Origin: a virus
Taxonomy: Duplodnaviria; Caudoviricetes
Strand: one strand, 5' to 3'
Virus record (IMG/VR): IMGVR_UViG_3300002741_000002
Location: 2,298 to 66,297 of that record
DNA: 64,000 nt
Shown here one piece after another: positions 56,103 to 64,000 of this stretch. The notes under the pieces were generated by a model. The model was not told the DNA's origin. It made no database searches and saw nothing but the letters and a program-made list of their open reading frames with translations. The translations under genes were made by a program, and so were the position numbers. Position 1 is the stretch's first letter, and each line of letters starts with the position of its first letter.

Positions 56103-56498
56103 TCAGCCCGCACGTCGTCCGCATTGCTGCGTGATGCGTGCGGCGTCGAGGTTGCCTTCGCTGTGCATCCGGGCCATTTGCAGCACGTCGCTGGCCGTGA
56201 GGGCATAGGCATGGCCGGTGGTCGGATCGACCACGCGCACCACATACGACGTGCTGTGGCTGATGTCGAAGTACGCCGGCACGTGTTTGGCTTGCAGATC
56301 CGCCAGGGCGTGCATGGTGTAGTGCTGCGCCAGGTTCTCGGCAATGCCAGCGGTGGCCATCAGATGCGCGCAGCAGCGCTTGACGAGCTGTTCGCTATCC
56401 AGGTGTTCGGCCTGGTGCGCGACGATGAATCGCGTGGCGCTGTGGATCAGCAGGGCGGCATGGGCGGAATCGTGAGGAAGCGAGCGAGAGAACGACAT
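56103..56498 (-). CDS. Hypothetical early-region protein
   Basis: ORF in the early operon. Confidence 0.55.
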   Translation of the reverse strand: MSFSRSLPHDSAHAALLIHSATRFIVAHQAEHLDSEQLVKRCCAHLMATAGIAENLAQHYTMHALADLQAKHVPAYFDISHSTSYVVRVVDPTTGHAYALTASDVLQMARMHSEGNLDAARITQQCGRRAG

Positions 56499-56512
56499 GG
56501 GAACCCCTGTAG

Positions 56513-56848
56513 TCAGTTGAGCACCATGGGTGCGTAAGAGGAACCTGCCGCACCCGTGGGCGGGGGCGCAGGGGTTTCAGTGGTGGCGGGGCGCGTGGCC
56601 GCGGGCACGAGGATGTCGTTGGCGCGCCGCTCCACGATAGGCAGCGAGACCTGTGCATTCGGGATCAGGCTCGGCACCAGGGTGCGAACGATGCCGAGCT
56701 GCGCGACACAGCGGTGGCCGCAATCGACGTTCATGCAGTCGAAATAGATGTCACGCACCAAGGGGCTCAACTGCCGGGAGGTGATCGTGCGCATGCGCGA
56801 TTGGCAGTGCGGGCAGGCGATCGTGTTACGGGGCGCTGTCATGTCCAT
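56513..56848 (-). CDS. ogr: Ogr/Delta-like late transcription activator
   Basis: CPHC...SRQLS...YFDCMNVDCGH. Confidence 0.9.
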   Translation of the reverse strand: MDMTAPRNTIACPHCQSRMRTITSRQLSPLVRDIYFDCMNVDCGHRCVAQLGIVRTLVPSLIPNAQVSLPIVERRANDILVPAATRPATTETPAPPPTGAAGSSYAPMVLN

Positions 56849-56874
56849 TTAGTCCTCATACACCGCTTCTACGC

Positions 56875-57096
56875 TTACCTAGTTTTAAGACCGGTGGCGG
56901 TCCTGCGTTGGTGACGATGGGCCAGCCCTTCGAGGTACACCTCAAGCACGTAGGCCGCATCGGTCTTGTCCTCCGCCGCATCCAGCACCTTGCACCGGGC
57001 CAGGTCCGCCGGGTCGAGCCCGATGGGGACGCGCTTTCGTTTCGTCGTACTGCGCGGCGCATAAATGCGCCGGCGACCGCCAGGAGAGTTCTTCAT
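56875..57096 (-). CDS. Cro/Cox-like small regulator
   Basis: Divergent from cI; basic N-terminus. Confidence 0.55.
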   Translation of the reverse strand: MKNSPGGRRRIYAPRSTTKRKRVPIGLDPADLARCKVLDAAEDKTDAAYVLEVYLEGLAHRHQRRTATGLKTR

Positions 57097-57186
57097 AGTG
57101 ATGGGGTAGGATGCCGAGGTGTTACACAAGGCGACGATAGTACACATTTTGTAGTAACGCAAGAATTTGCGTCAAAGGATTACACA

Positions 57187-57615
57187 GTGCGTAGTGAGCA
57201 ACCCCAACTGGACGCCGATGCGATCATCCTGCGCATGCGCCAAGTGTTCGGCGTGCGGTATGAGACAGAGCTGGCTACCGCGCTCGGGTTATCGAAAGCG
57301 GCGCCGAGCAACTGGCGCCAACGCAACAGTCCGCCGTACGAGCTTTGTGTGCAAATTGCGCGCGAAAAAGGGATATCTCTCGACTGGCTGATCTTTGGGA
57401 TCGGCGACATGCACCTAGGTGGGCGGGTGGAAGCACCGCAAAACCCCGAGCAGATGGAAAGCGTGCCTGCGAACAGTCCGGCGGCTGAGCGCGTTTCTCA
57501 GTTTGTGTACTGGTGGCATCTCAATCGCACACAGGATGAGATGATCTGGCTGGAACAGCAATTCAAGCGCGCGGTGCCGGAATACGGGGAGTGGTTAGCT
57601 GCCGGCGCTTACTAG
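57187..57615 (+). CDS. cI: CI-like repressor (P2/186-type HTH)
   Basis: ELATALGLSKAAPSNWRQRNSPPY...ISLDWLIFG. Confidence 0.85.
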   Translation: MRSEQPQLDADAIILRMRQVFGVRYETELATALGLSKAAPSNWRQRNSPPYELCVQIAREKGISLDWLIFGIGDMHLGGRVEAPQNPEQMESVPANSPAAERVSQFVYWWHLNRTQDEMIWLEQQFKRAVPEYGEWLAAGAY

Positions 57616-57856
57616 CAACTGACAGTGTAGAGCTGCGCTATATAGTTGGGCGCATGGTCATCGACCCTGTCATGTGGGACTCGTTCCACCGTCTGCGGAC
57701 AGTCTGTCGTGTTTGTGGCTTTGCGGCTTCGCTCGCAAGAATCTGAAAGCGCATCAATTCACTTGACGGCCCGATGTAGTTGATGTCGTAATTGCGACGA
57801 CGTGAATGACTGAATGATCATTCACTGAGGGCCACCCACTGTCGAAGGAGTTTGAC

Positions 57857-58390
57857 ATGGTTAAAAGGATTGGCGTCATTGCTGCAGGAATAGTTGCGCT
57901 GTTGGCTGGAAATCCAGCGACTGCTAGCACTTGTCAAAGCAAGTACTCGTCTGAATTACATGCTCTTAAAGCACAAGATGATCGGTACTACGCTGCAGTA
58001 GACCATCGCGTTGTAACCACACAAGCTGGCTTACAGCAGTTTGCACGCAACGAACGTGTCGCGGTGATTGAAGAACAGCAAGGTCTCTGCACATTCGACG
58101 ACTATCTAATGGCTGCCTCAATCCGTGGGCGTGGTCTAACGTTAAAAGATCAAATAGCAGCTGTGAGACTGGCCTCCGTGGCTCAGTCGATGAACCCCAG
58201 TTCTGTACAGGCCCGGCAAATCTTCGCCCACGCAATAGATCAGCTAACTTTTAGAGCCCAAGGAAAGCAGTTATATGGGACGCTAAAAGAAAGCGAAACT
58301 GACGGCAAGATCTCTCCTGTACCAGTGATAGATGGCGCGGTGTCCGCTCAGGACAGGAAGATAGCCGAGCAGCAGACAACCGGTAGCTAA
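57857..58390 (+). CDS. Exported DUF6624-like protein
   Basis: Signal peptide; QDDRY...AIDQL...GKQLYGT. Confidence 0.55.
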   Translation: MVKRIGVIAAGIVALLAGNPATASTCQSKYSSELHALKAQDDRYYAAVDHRVVTTQAGLQQFARNERVAVIEEQQGLCTFDDYLMAASIRGRGLTLKDQIAAVRLASVAQSMNPSSVQARQIFAHAIDQLTFRAQGKQLYGTLKESETDGKISPVPVIDGAVSAQDRKIAEQQTTGS

Positions 58391-58558
58391 AAGAAAAAAC
58401 GCGCAGAAAGCGAGAATGCCCTTCCTCTGCGCATTGGGGAATCTGATTTGAATCCTCATGAGCATGAGCTCATGTCTTCGAATGCCCGGTGCATGTGCCA
58501 GGTCCTATGGTCATGTCACTGAGCCTGGAAAACTCTTACGACTGATCGAGGGAACGCA

Positions 58559-59569
58559 ATGTACTCCGAAGAAACAGTTGCCAATGCACTTACCCCAAAT
58601 GTTCTAGAGCTGATTATCCTTCCGACGGAAAAATGCAACTTTCGATGCACGTATTGCTACGAAGATTTCAAGATAGGGCGCATGTCCGAGCGCACAGTCG
58701 GCGCAATTAAAAAGTTACTAGAACATCGGATTCCAAAAATAAAAAAGCTTCACTTCTCTTGGTTTGGAGGTGAGCCGCTTCTGGCTAAAGACGTGTGCAT
58801 TGAGCTATCTAAATTCGCCAAGCATCTTTGCGAAATAAACCACGTTAGTTTCAGTGGTGGATTTACCACAAACGGCTATCTTCTGACTCCTGAGCTTGCG
58901 CGTCAGATGTTTGATCTTAGCCAGCGCAATTTTCAGATTACGCTTGATGGCGATGAAGAATGGCACAACAAAACGCGGGTTCAGCCAAACAGGAAGCCGA
59001 CGTTTCAGAGGATTTGGGACAACATATTGATGTTGAAAAATATGTCGGATCCGTTCCATGTGCAATTAAGACTGCACGTGCATGCAGATAATATCGAGTC
59101 AGTAAAAAGGCTATACGATCGACTTAACGCCGAAATACTGATTGATAAGCGATTCTCAGTCTATTTTCATCGAATCAGTGACCTCAATCCGCGTGAGGCA
59201 GTTAAGGAAAACCTACTAAACGACGAGGACTATGAGGACGCGTTGACTTATATAAGCGGGGTTGACCGCGAAATAAACGGACATACGAAATCTGAAATAC
59301 ATCTTAATGATTACATATGTTACGCAGCTAAACCTAACTCTCTGTTGATTCGTGCCAATGGGTCACTGGGTAAATGCACGGTGGCGCTCGACGATGATCG
59401 AAACAGTATTGGCAGAATACTTGAGGACGGCACCTTAGAAATCTCTAATCCAAAGCTACAGCAGTGGTTTCTTGGCTACTCGGATTTGTCTAAAGATACA
59501 CTTGTATGTCCGTTGGCGACGTTGCCTCCTAAGATAACCGAAAAGACTATCTCGATTAAAGCGATTTGA
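58559..59569 (+). CDS. Radical SAM enzyme with short auxiliary-cluster (Twitch/SPASM-like) domain: putative peptide maturase
   Basis: CNFRCTYC, WFGGEPLL, TTNGY, ITLDG; C-terminal YICY...GKC...VCP. Confidence 0.9.
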   Translation: MYSEETVANALTPNVLELIILPTEKCNFRCTYCYEDFKIGRMSERTVGAIKKLLEHRIPKIKKLHFSWFGGEPLLAKDVCIELSKFAKHLCEINHVSFSGGFTTNGYLLTPELARQMFDLSQRNFQITLDGDEEWHNKTRVQPNRKPTFQRIWDNILMLKNMSDPFHVQLRLHVHADNIESVKRLYDRLNAEILIDKRFSVYFHRISDLNPREAVKENLLNDEDYEDALTYISGVDREINGHTKSEIHLNDYICYAAKPNSLLIRANGSLGKCTVALDDDRNSIGRILEDGTLEISNPKLQQWFLGYSDLSKDTLVCPLATLPPKITEKTISIKAI

Positions 59570-59650
59570 TGATGTAGGGAGGCGGTTTTGACACTGCCCT
59601 TCTGGAGCGTCAACTCCGCTATTTTGTGAAAAGCAACCAAGGAGGTAATC

Positions 59651-59932
59651 GTGTTACCGATAATAGATCCATCTGTAATCATGGTTGATCATCATGGGGC
59701 CGTCCAAATCAACGAGGCGGCCTTGGCAAAATTTCTTTCTTCGAAAGTCATCCAACATGATGATCTTGCCGTAAATGCTGGCTGTGGCGGGTCAAATGGC
59801 AGTTGTGGAAACTCGGGCTGCTCAGGAACCAACGGTGGCTGCGCGAATGCGGGATGTAAAAAGGTCGGGCCAACAGCTCCTGGCCGGACAGAGACAATTG
59901 GAATTGATTCTGTTGCGCAAATTGTGGCCTAA
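59651..59932 (+). CDS. Putative RiPP precursor A (five NxxC motifs)
   Basis: AAGGAGG RBS; NAGC-GGS-NGSC-G-NSGC-SGT-NGGC-A-NAGC. Confidence 0.75.
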   Translation: MLPIIDPSVIMVDHHGAVQINEAALAKFLSSKVIQHDDLAVNAGCGGSNGSCGNSGCSGTNGGCANAGCKKVGPTAPGRTETIGIDSVAQIVA

Positions 59933-59952
59933 CTTCTAGGACTTGGTTTAGC

Positions 59953-60234
59953 ATGTATTTTGTAGGATTAACCTCAGACTTGACTAAGCCAATGGAATTC
60001 CGGCCCGTTACGGGCCGGAATTTCTCGGCGCCCGTAACGCTGGCTGATGGAAAGAGTGTTCGAATCTTTATAAATGCACAAGCGGACAAGAGGCAGCCAA
60101 TGGAGATTGTTGTTGTTGACGAAAATGAAAATTGGTTAGCACGAGCGCATGTACTAAACAATACTACGCAAATTTTTAGTCGAATTGGTTTATTAGTTAA
60201 CGTTACAACCTTGCCTGATGGTGAAAGTAATTAG
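59953..60234 (+). CDS. Small beta-rich hypothetical protein between the two precursors
   Basis: 93-aa ORF in operon. Confidence 0.6.
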   Translation: MYFVGLTSDLTKPMEFRPVTGRNFSAPVTLADGKSVRIFINAQADKRQPMEIVVVDENENWLARAHVLNNTTQIFSRIGLLVNVTTLPDGESN

Positions 60235-60251
60235 ACGTTAGAGGTCGTGAG

Positions 60252-60485
60252 ATGCCTGATACGAAGATTGATCCAAGCGAGATTGTTGTCATGCCAGATG
60301 GAGGCATTTTTTATAATGGCAGGGATATCCGTAATACATTGAAGTCCACTGCGGATACAGAACTTTCCGGGGTGAACGTTGCTTGTATAAATTCGTCATC
60401 ATGTAAAACAATAAATATTCAATGCGACAATCTGGACCTGTCTGAAGGGGGTGTCAATGTGGGCCTGTGTAGAAATGGCGTTTAA
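60252..60485 (+). CDS. Putative RiPP precursor B (NxxC/NxxxC motifs)
   Basis: Leader shared with A (IDPSxIxVxxxG); NVAC, NSSSC, NIQC, NVGLC. Confidence 0.7.
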   Translation: MPDTKIDPSEIVVMPDGGIFYNGRDIRNTLKSTADTELSGVNVACINSSSCKTINIQCDNLDLSEGGVNVGLCRNGV

Positions 60486-60531
60486 GATTGAAGGGTTGGA
60501 TAATTATTTTTCTAGCACCAATTTCTACTAA

Positions 60532-61860
60532 ATGGCTATGCAAACATTTGTGTATGGTATTGAGAACGGTGTTAGAAGTTTGACACGATCTCGCTTATTG
60601 TCGTGTCAGATCATTTTGGCAATGGCGTTCGGTATTGCCGCTTTTAGTTCAGCATGGGGAGCGTTGTTGTCGTTAACAGGCGATCCTCTTAAAGACGTCG
60701 GACGTGAAACCTATCATCCTCAGGTCGATCCGAGACCTTTGGATATAAAAGATGCGTCTGGAAGTCCTCCTGATGATCTAACTCTCCGAGATGCGCGAGC
60801 CATTTTTCAATTTTCGCCGTCTGGCCGTCGGGCTATGTCTTCACTTAACTGGTTGCCTATGGAGCCAGTAGAAGGGCAGCTTCATGAAAAACGGATGACA
60901 ATGGTGTTTGCGAGAGGCGCCACTTCTGATTTTTTTAAGTTGTTCCGGGCTCCTTTTGCATATGGCTCGGCGTGGTCGTCATCGTCGGATAATGATGGCT
61001 CCGAGGTGGTTGTGATATCGAAAAAGCTTAATCTCCAATTATTCGGCGGAAAGAATAGTATCGGAAATCATCTCCAGCTTGCCGGTAAGCTTTTTACGAT
61101 TATCGGCATATTAAATGATTGGGAAATTGTTCCACGTGTTTATGACTTAAATGATGGCGCATACGCCCAGGCGGAAGACGTGTTCATGCCATTCGAAACA
61201 TGGCTGGACTTGCCGCAGGATTATGGATACGGCCCAATGAAGTGCTGGGCAAATGAACAGGCGGATATGGATCACAACCCGCGCAGCGAAACCTGTACCT
61301 GGGTTCAGTTATGGGTGCGGCTTTTTCCAAGTGAGGTTGCGCAATACGTAGATTTGCTAAAGGGTTATTCGGAACAACAAAGGGCATTAGGGCGTTTTCA
61401 GCGTAGTCCAAATGTCAAATTAAAAAACGCAGATGAGTGGCTTGTCTATAAAAAAGTTGTGCCGGATGCTATAAAAATTCAGCTCTGGGTAGCATTTGGG
61501 TTGTTAGCTGTGTGTCTGGTGAGCACTTCGGCACTTTTGGGGGTCAAATTTAGGGGTGACTTTTCGGAACTTGGAATTCGCCGGGCTTTAGGAGCATCGA
61601 AGCGTCAAGTTTTCCTCGAGCTTCTCAGTCAAGGAATAGTAATTGGCATGCTGGGTGGTATAGGCGGAATAGGGCTGGGGCTCGCCGTAGTGCGTATTAT
61701 GAAGAGTTCCGGCCAGGACTACGCTCAGTTTCTGGGCGTATCTTTCAGCAGTGCATTGTTCTCGTTGATTGTAGCTCTGTGTAGCGCGCTCGTCGCTGCA
61801 GTTGTGCCTGCCTATGTCGCCGCAAACGAATCTCCTTATAAGCAGATGGTTGGTCGATGA
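60532..61860 (+). CDS. MacB/FtsX-family ABC permease
   Basis: N-terminal TM, VVISKKL...LFG, ELGIRRALGAS, C-terminal TMs. Confidence 0.9.
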   Translation: MAMQTFVYGIENGVRSLTRSRLLSCQIILAMAFGIAAFSSAWGALLSLTGDPLKDVGRETYHPQVDPRPLDIKDASGSPPDDLTLRDARAIFQFSPSGRRAMSSLNWLPMEPVEGQLHEKRMTMVFARGATSDFFKLFRAPFAYGSAWSSSSDNDGSEVVVISKKLNLQLFGGKNSIGNHLQLAGKLFTIIGILNDWEIVPRVYDLNDGAYAQAEDVFMPFETWLDLPQDYGYGPMKCWANEQADMDHNPRSETCTWVQLWVRLFPSEVAQYVDLLKGYSEQQRALGRFQRSPNVKLKNADEWLVYKKVVPDAIKIQLWVAFGLLAVCLVSTSALLGVKFRGDFSELGIRRALGASKRQVFLELLSQGIVIGMLGGIGGIGLGLAVVRIMKSSGQDYAQFLGVSFSSALFSLIVALCSALVAAVVPAYVAANESPYKQMVGR

Positions 61861-63056
61861 TGTGGAATCAAATTCCCGTAATTATTCGCTCATTCAGGAA
61901 GCACAAAGGCACAGTAGTTTTGCTTATGAGTATGGTCGCGCTCACTGTCGCGGTTTTTGCAAATGCGGCTTCGGTCATAGGCGAAGCTGTTCGCAAATCA
62001 CAGATTTCAACAGGAATTGATGAGGCGAATGTGGCGGTCATTCAAGATATCGCAGTGGTAAATAAGGGCGGGAGTAAATCGACGCAGGACAAGTTGGCTC
62101 GAATTCGAGCGTTGCCCGGGGTTGTTGATGTCGCGCTAGGGGCGACGCCACTGATGAATAGCTCGACGATGTATGTAAGCAGAGCGATGGGTGAAAGCGC
62201 GGCGGTGGAGGTCAAATATTTTGAGGGTAGCCAGGGCTATCAAAACGCCTTGGGAGTAAAAGTATCTAATGGTGATAATTTGCGGGATGCTTCTTCTCCA
62301 AATTTTGGTATCGATACCGCGATGACACCGTGCGTTATAACGGCGGCTTTGGCGGACCGCTTATTTGGCCAAGAAGCTTCAATCGGCAAGACCATCTACG
62401 CGGGCAATCTAAGTTTTCAGGTTGTTGGGATTGTTCCAACGTTGCGTGAGAGTTTGTCGCTATCTGAAGTTGACAACTACGCGATGCTCGTTCAACACAA
62501 GCTTGGACAAGAAGAGCTTGGTGGCCTATTCGTGATTCGCTCCAGCGATGGGCAAGTCCAGAAGGTACTCAACAAAGCATTGAGCATTTTCCGTGATCTT
62601 GATCCTTACCATGTTCAGCCTCTTGCGGAGACATTTGAGGATTTAAAGGTGGAGGCGTTGGCGCGACGCTTGGCATTGGCAAAGGTGCTCTCATTGCTTT
62701 TAATCGTATTGACGTGCGTGACTTGTTTTACAATCGGGTCTATTACCTCTCTTTGGGTCAGGCAGCGGAGAACGCAGATTGGAGTGCGGCGCGCGCTAGG
62801 TGCGACGCGCATGGATGTGCTTGCGTACTTTCTCTTTGAGAATGGGATGATTACTTCCGTTGGTGCATTTTTTGGTGTTCTGCTTGCCTTTTTGACGAGC
62901 TCGCAAATGCAGAAATACTTCGAACTCTCTGGCATTACTTGGCACTACGTTGTGTGTTCCATTCTTCTTATTGTTACGTGTAGCGGGGCGTCTGCTTTAG
63001 GGCCAGCCTGGCGCGGCTCCAGGCTTGCTCCGGCAGTCGTTTTTCGAAACATATAG
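61857..63056 (+). CDS. MacB/FtsX-family ABC permease (second)
   Basis: VITAALADRLFG, QIGVRRALGATR, PAWRGSRLAP. Confidence 0.9.
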   Translation: MMWNQIPVIIRSFRKHKGTVVLLMSMVALTVAVFANAASVIGEAVRKSQISTGIDEANVAVIQDIAVVNKGGSKSTQDKLARIRALPGVVDVALGATPLMNSSTMYVSRAMGESAAVEVKYFEGSQGYQNALGVKVSNGDNLRDASSPNFGIDTAMTPCVITAALADRLFGQEASIGKTIYAGNLSFQVVGIVPTLRESLSLSEVDNYAMLVQHKLGQEELGGLFVIRSSDGQVQKVLNKALSIFRDLDPYHVQPLAETFEDLKVEALARRLALAKVLSLLLIVLTCVTCFTIGSITSLWVRQRRTQIGVRRALGATRMDVLAYFLFENGMITSVGAFFGVLLAFLTSSQMQKYFELSGITWHYVVCSILLIVTCSGASALGPAWRGSRLAPAVVFRNI

Positions 63057-63144
63057 GGTCGAGCTTGTGTGCCAGCCCTTAAGAATGCTTCCGAAGGCAT
63101 CGCCACGACCTCGCCTATGAGGTGCCAGATTGTTTGAGAATCTA

Positions 63145-64000
63145 TCAAGTGTCGACGGTATTAGCATCATTCGCTGCGACGTAATCGCTGGCTCTACTTT
63201 TGTTTTCGAGGCTCAGTGATGTGAAATAGCCGCCATGCCCATCGAGCTGATGTTTAGCTTTGGCTACAATCCATTCGTATGAGGGCATGGGCTCAGGCCA
63301 TCCCACGAGCTTCACCGGCATTTCCGGGGTCACGTCTGGTCGTCCGATCGCAAGATCCAGCGTGAATGTCGCAGCTCCGCGCTTCACGCGTGCAAGTTCC
63401 GCTTCGGCAGCGCGCTTCGCGTCCGTTTCCGTCGGAAAATCACCTCTCAGTATCTTCACATGCCCATGCTTGCCTGCAAGTGCAAGGTGCCCGCGCGCAC
63501 TATTTACGTCATACCAGCGCGCCTGTACGCCGGTGTAGGCGCTGCGGTCGATTTCCTGGAAATGATGGCGATCACCATTCGCACGCCGGATCACCAAGGT
63601 AGGAAATTCGGCGCCATTCGCGGTTTTCGCTTCACCGATGGGCGCGAAGATCAGGCATCCGTGCTTGACGGTGGCCATCGCATCGAAGTGTTTGCCAAGC
63701 CGGCGCAGTAACGCCATGTCGCTTTCGGTTTGATCTAGCTGCGTGATGAGCTCGCTCGCCAGCTCGCTGGATACGCGCGGCCTAAGCCCATGCTCACCCG
63801 CAATCACACTGACGATGTGGCCCACGGTGGTATTGCTCCAACCGCGCTCCTTGCGCGTGGCCAAAGGACCGGCCATGCGTGCGCTGCGCCCCCGCACCGT
63901 AATGGTATCCGGCGCACCGCGGTGTTCGACCTCGTCCACGACGTAGGAGCCTTGCAAGCACATGCCCGCCGTATCAAAGCCCAGCGACACTTCGATGCTC
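63145..64000 (-). CDS. gpD: Late control protein D of prophage 2 (5' end beyond the window)
   Basis: Closely similar to the 7458-8519 protein; diverges at the C-terminus. Confidence 0.92.
   Translation of the reverse strand, partial: SIEVSLGFDTAGMCLQGSYVVDEVEHRGAPDTITVRGRSARMAGPLATRKERGWSNTTVGHIVSVIAGEHGLRPRVSSELASELITQLDQTESDMALLRRLGKHFDAMATVKHGCLIFAPIGEAKTANGAEFPTLVIRRANGDRHHFQEIDRSAYTGVQARWYDVNSARGHLALAGKHGHVKILRGDFPTETDAKRAAEAELARVKRGAATFTLDLAIGRPDVTPEMPVKLVGWPEPMPSYEWIVAKAKHQLDGHGGYFTSLSLENKSRASDYVAANDANTVDT

Larger units (their letters stand above)
51519..64000. mobile_element. P2-like prophage 2, left arm (continues beyond the window)
   Basis: int-xis-primase-ogr-cro/cI-cargo-gpD order. 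Confidence 0.88.

Noticed and set aside
1-64000. CRISPR array, rRNA or IS transposase
   Set aside because: No regularly spaced repeats, rRNA-like sequence or DDE transposase motifs were seen

Overview
The window is almost entirely mobile DNA from a GC-rich proteobacterium (Xanthomonadales-like, by inference). It shows three elements in tandem, separated by two copies of the 3' end of tRNA-Asn(GTT) that look like att sites (37299-37347 and 51499-51518). (1) P2-like prophage 1 (7458-37347): complete tail, lysis, head and packaging genes, a cos-like site and an iterated ori-like region. It is preceded by an Rhs toxin/immunity locus (100-7378). (2) A ~14 kb capsid-less satellite-like element (37348-51518): P4-type integrase, C4/ash module, AlpA, iteron-bearing Rep, TerS-like genes and two tail-fibre-like genes. 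(3) The left arm of P2-like prophage 2 (51519-64000+): int, xis, primase-helicase, ogr, cro/cI, a cargo block and a second gpD. The most notable items are: an AT-rich radical-SAM RiPP-like cluster with two NxxC-repeat precursors and two MacB-type permeases lacking an ATPase, in the cI-gpD slot of prophage 2; five highly diverged but perfectly in-register ~81-aa paralogs arrayed between gpS and gpV; the satellite's morphogenesis-hijacking gene set; and a Schlafen/AlbA_2 cargo between portal and cos. All family assignments come from motif recognition by eye; no database searches were run.
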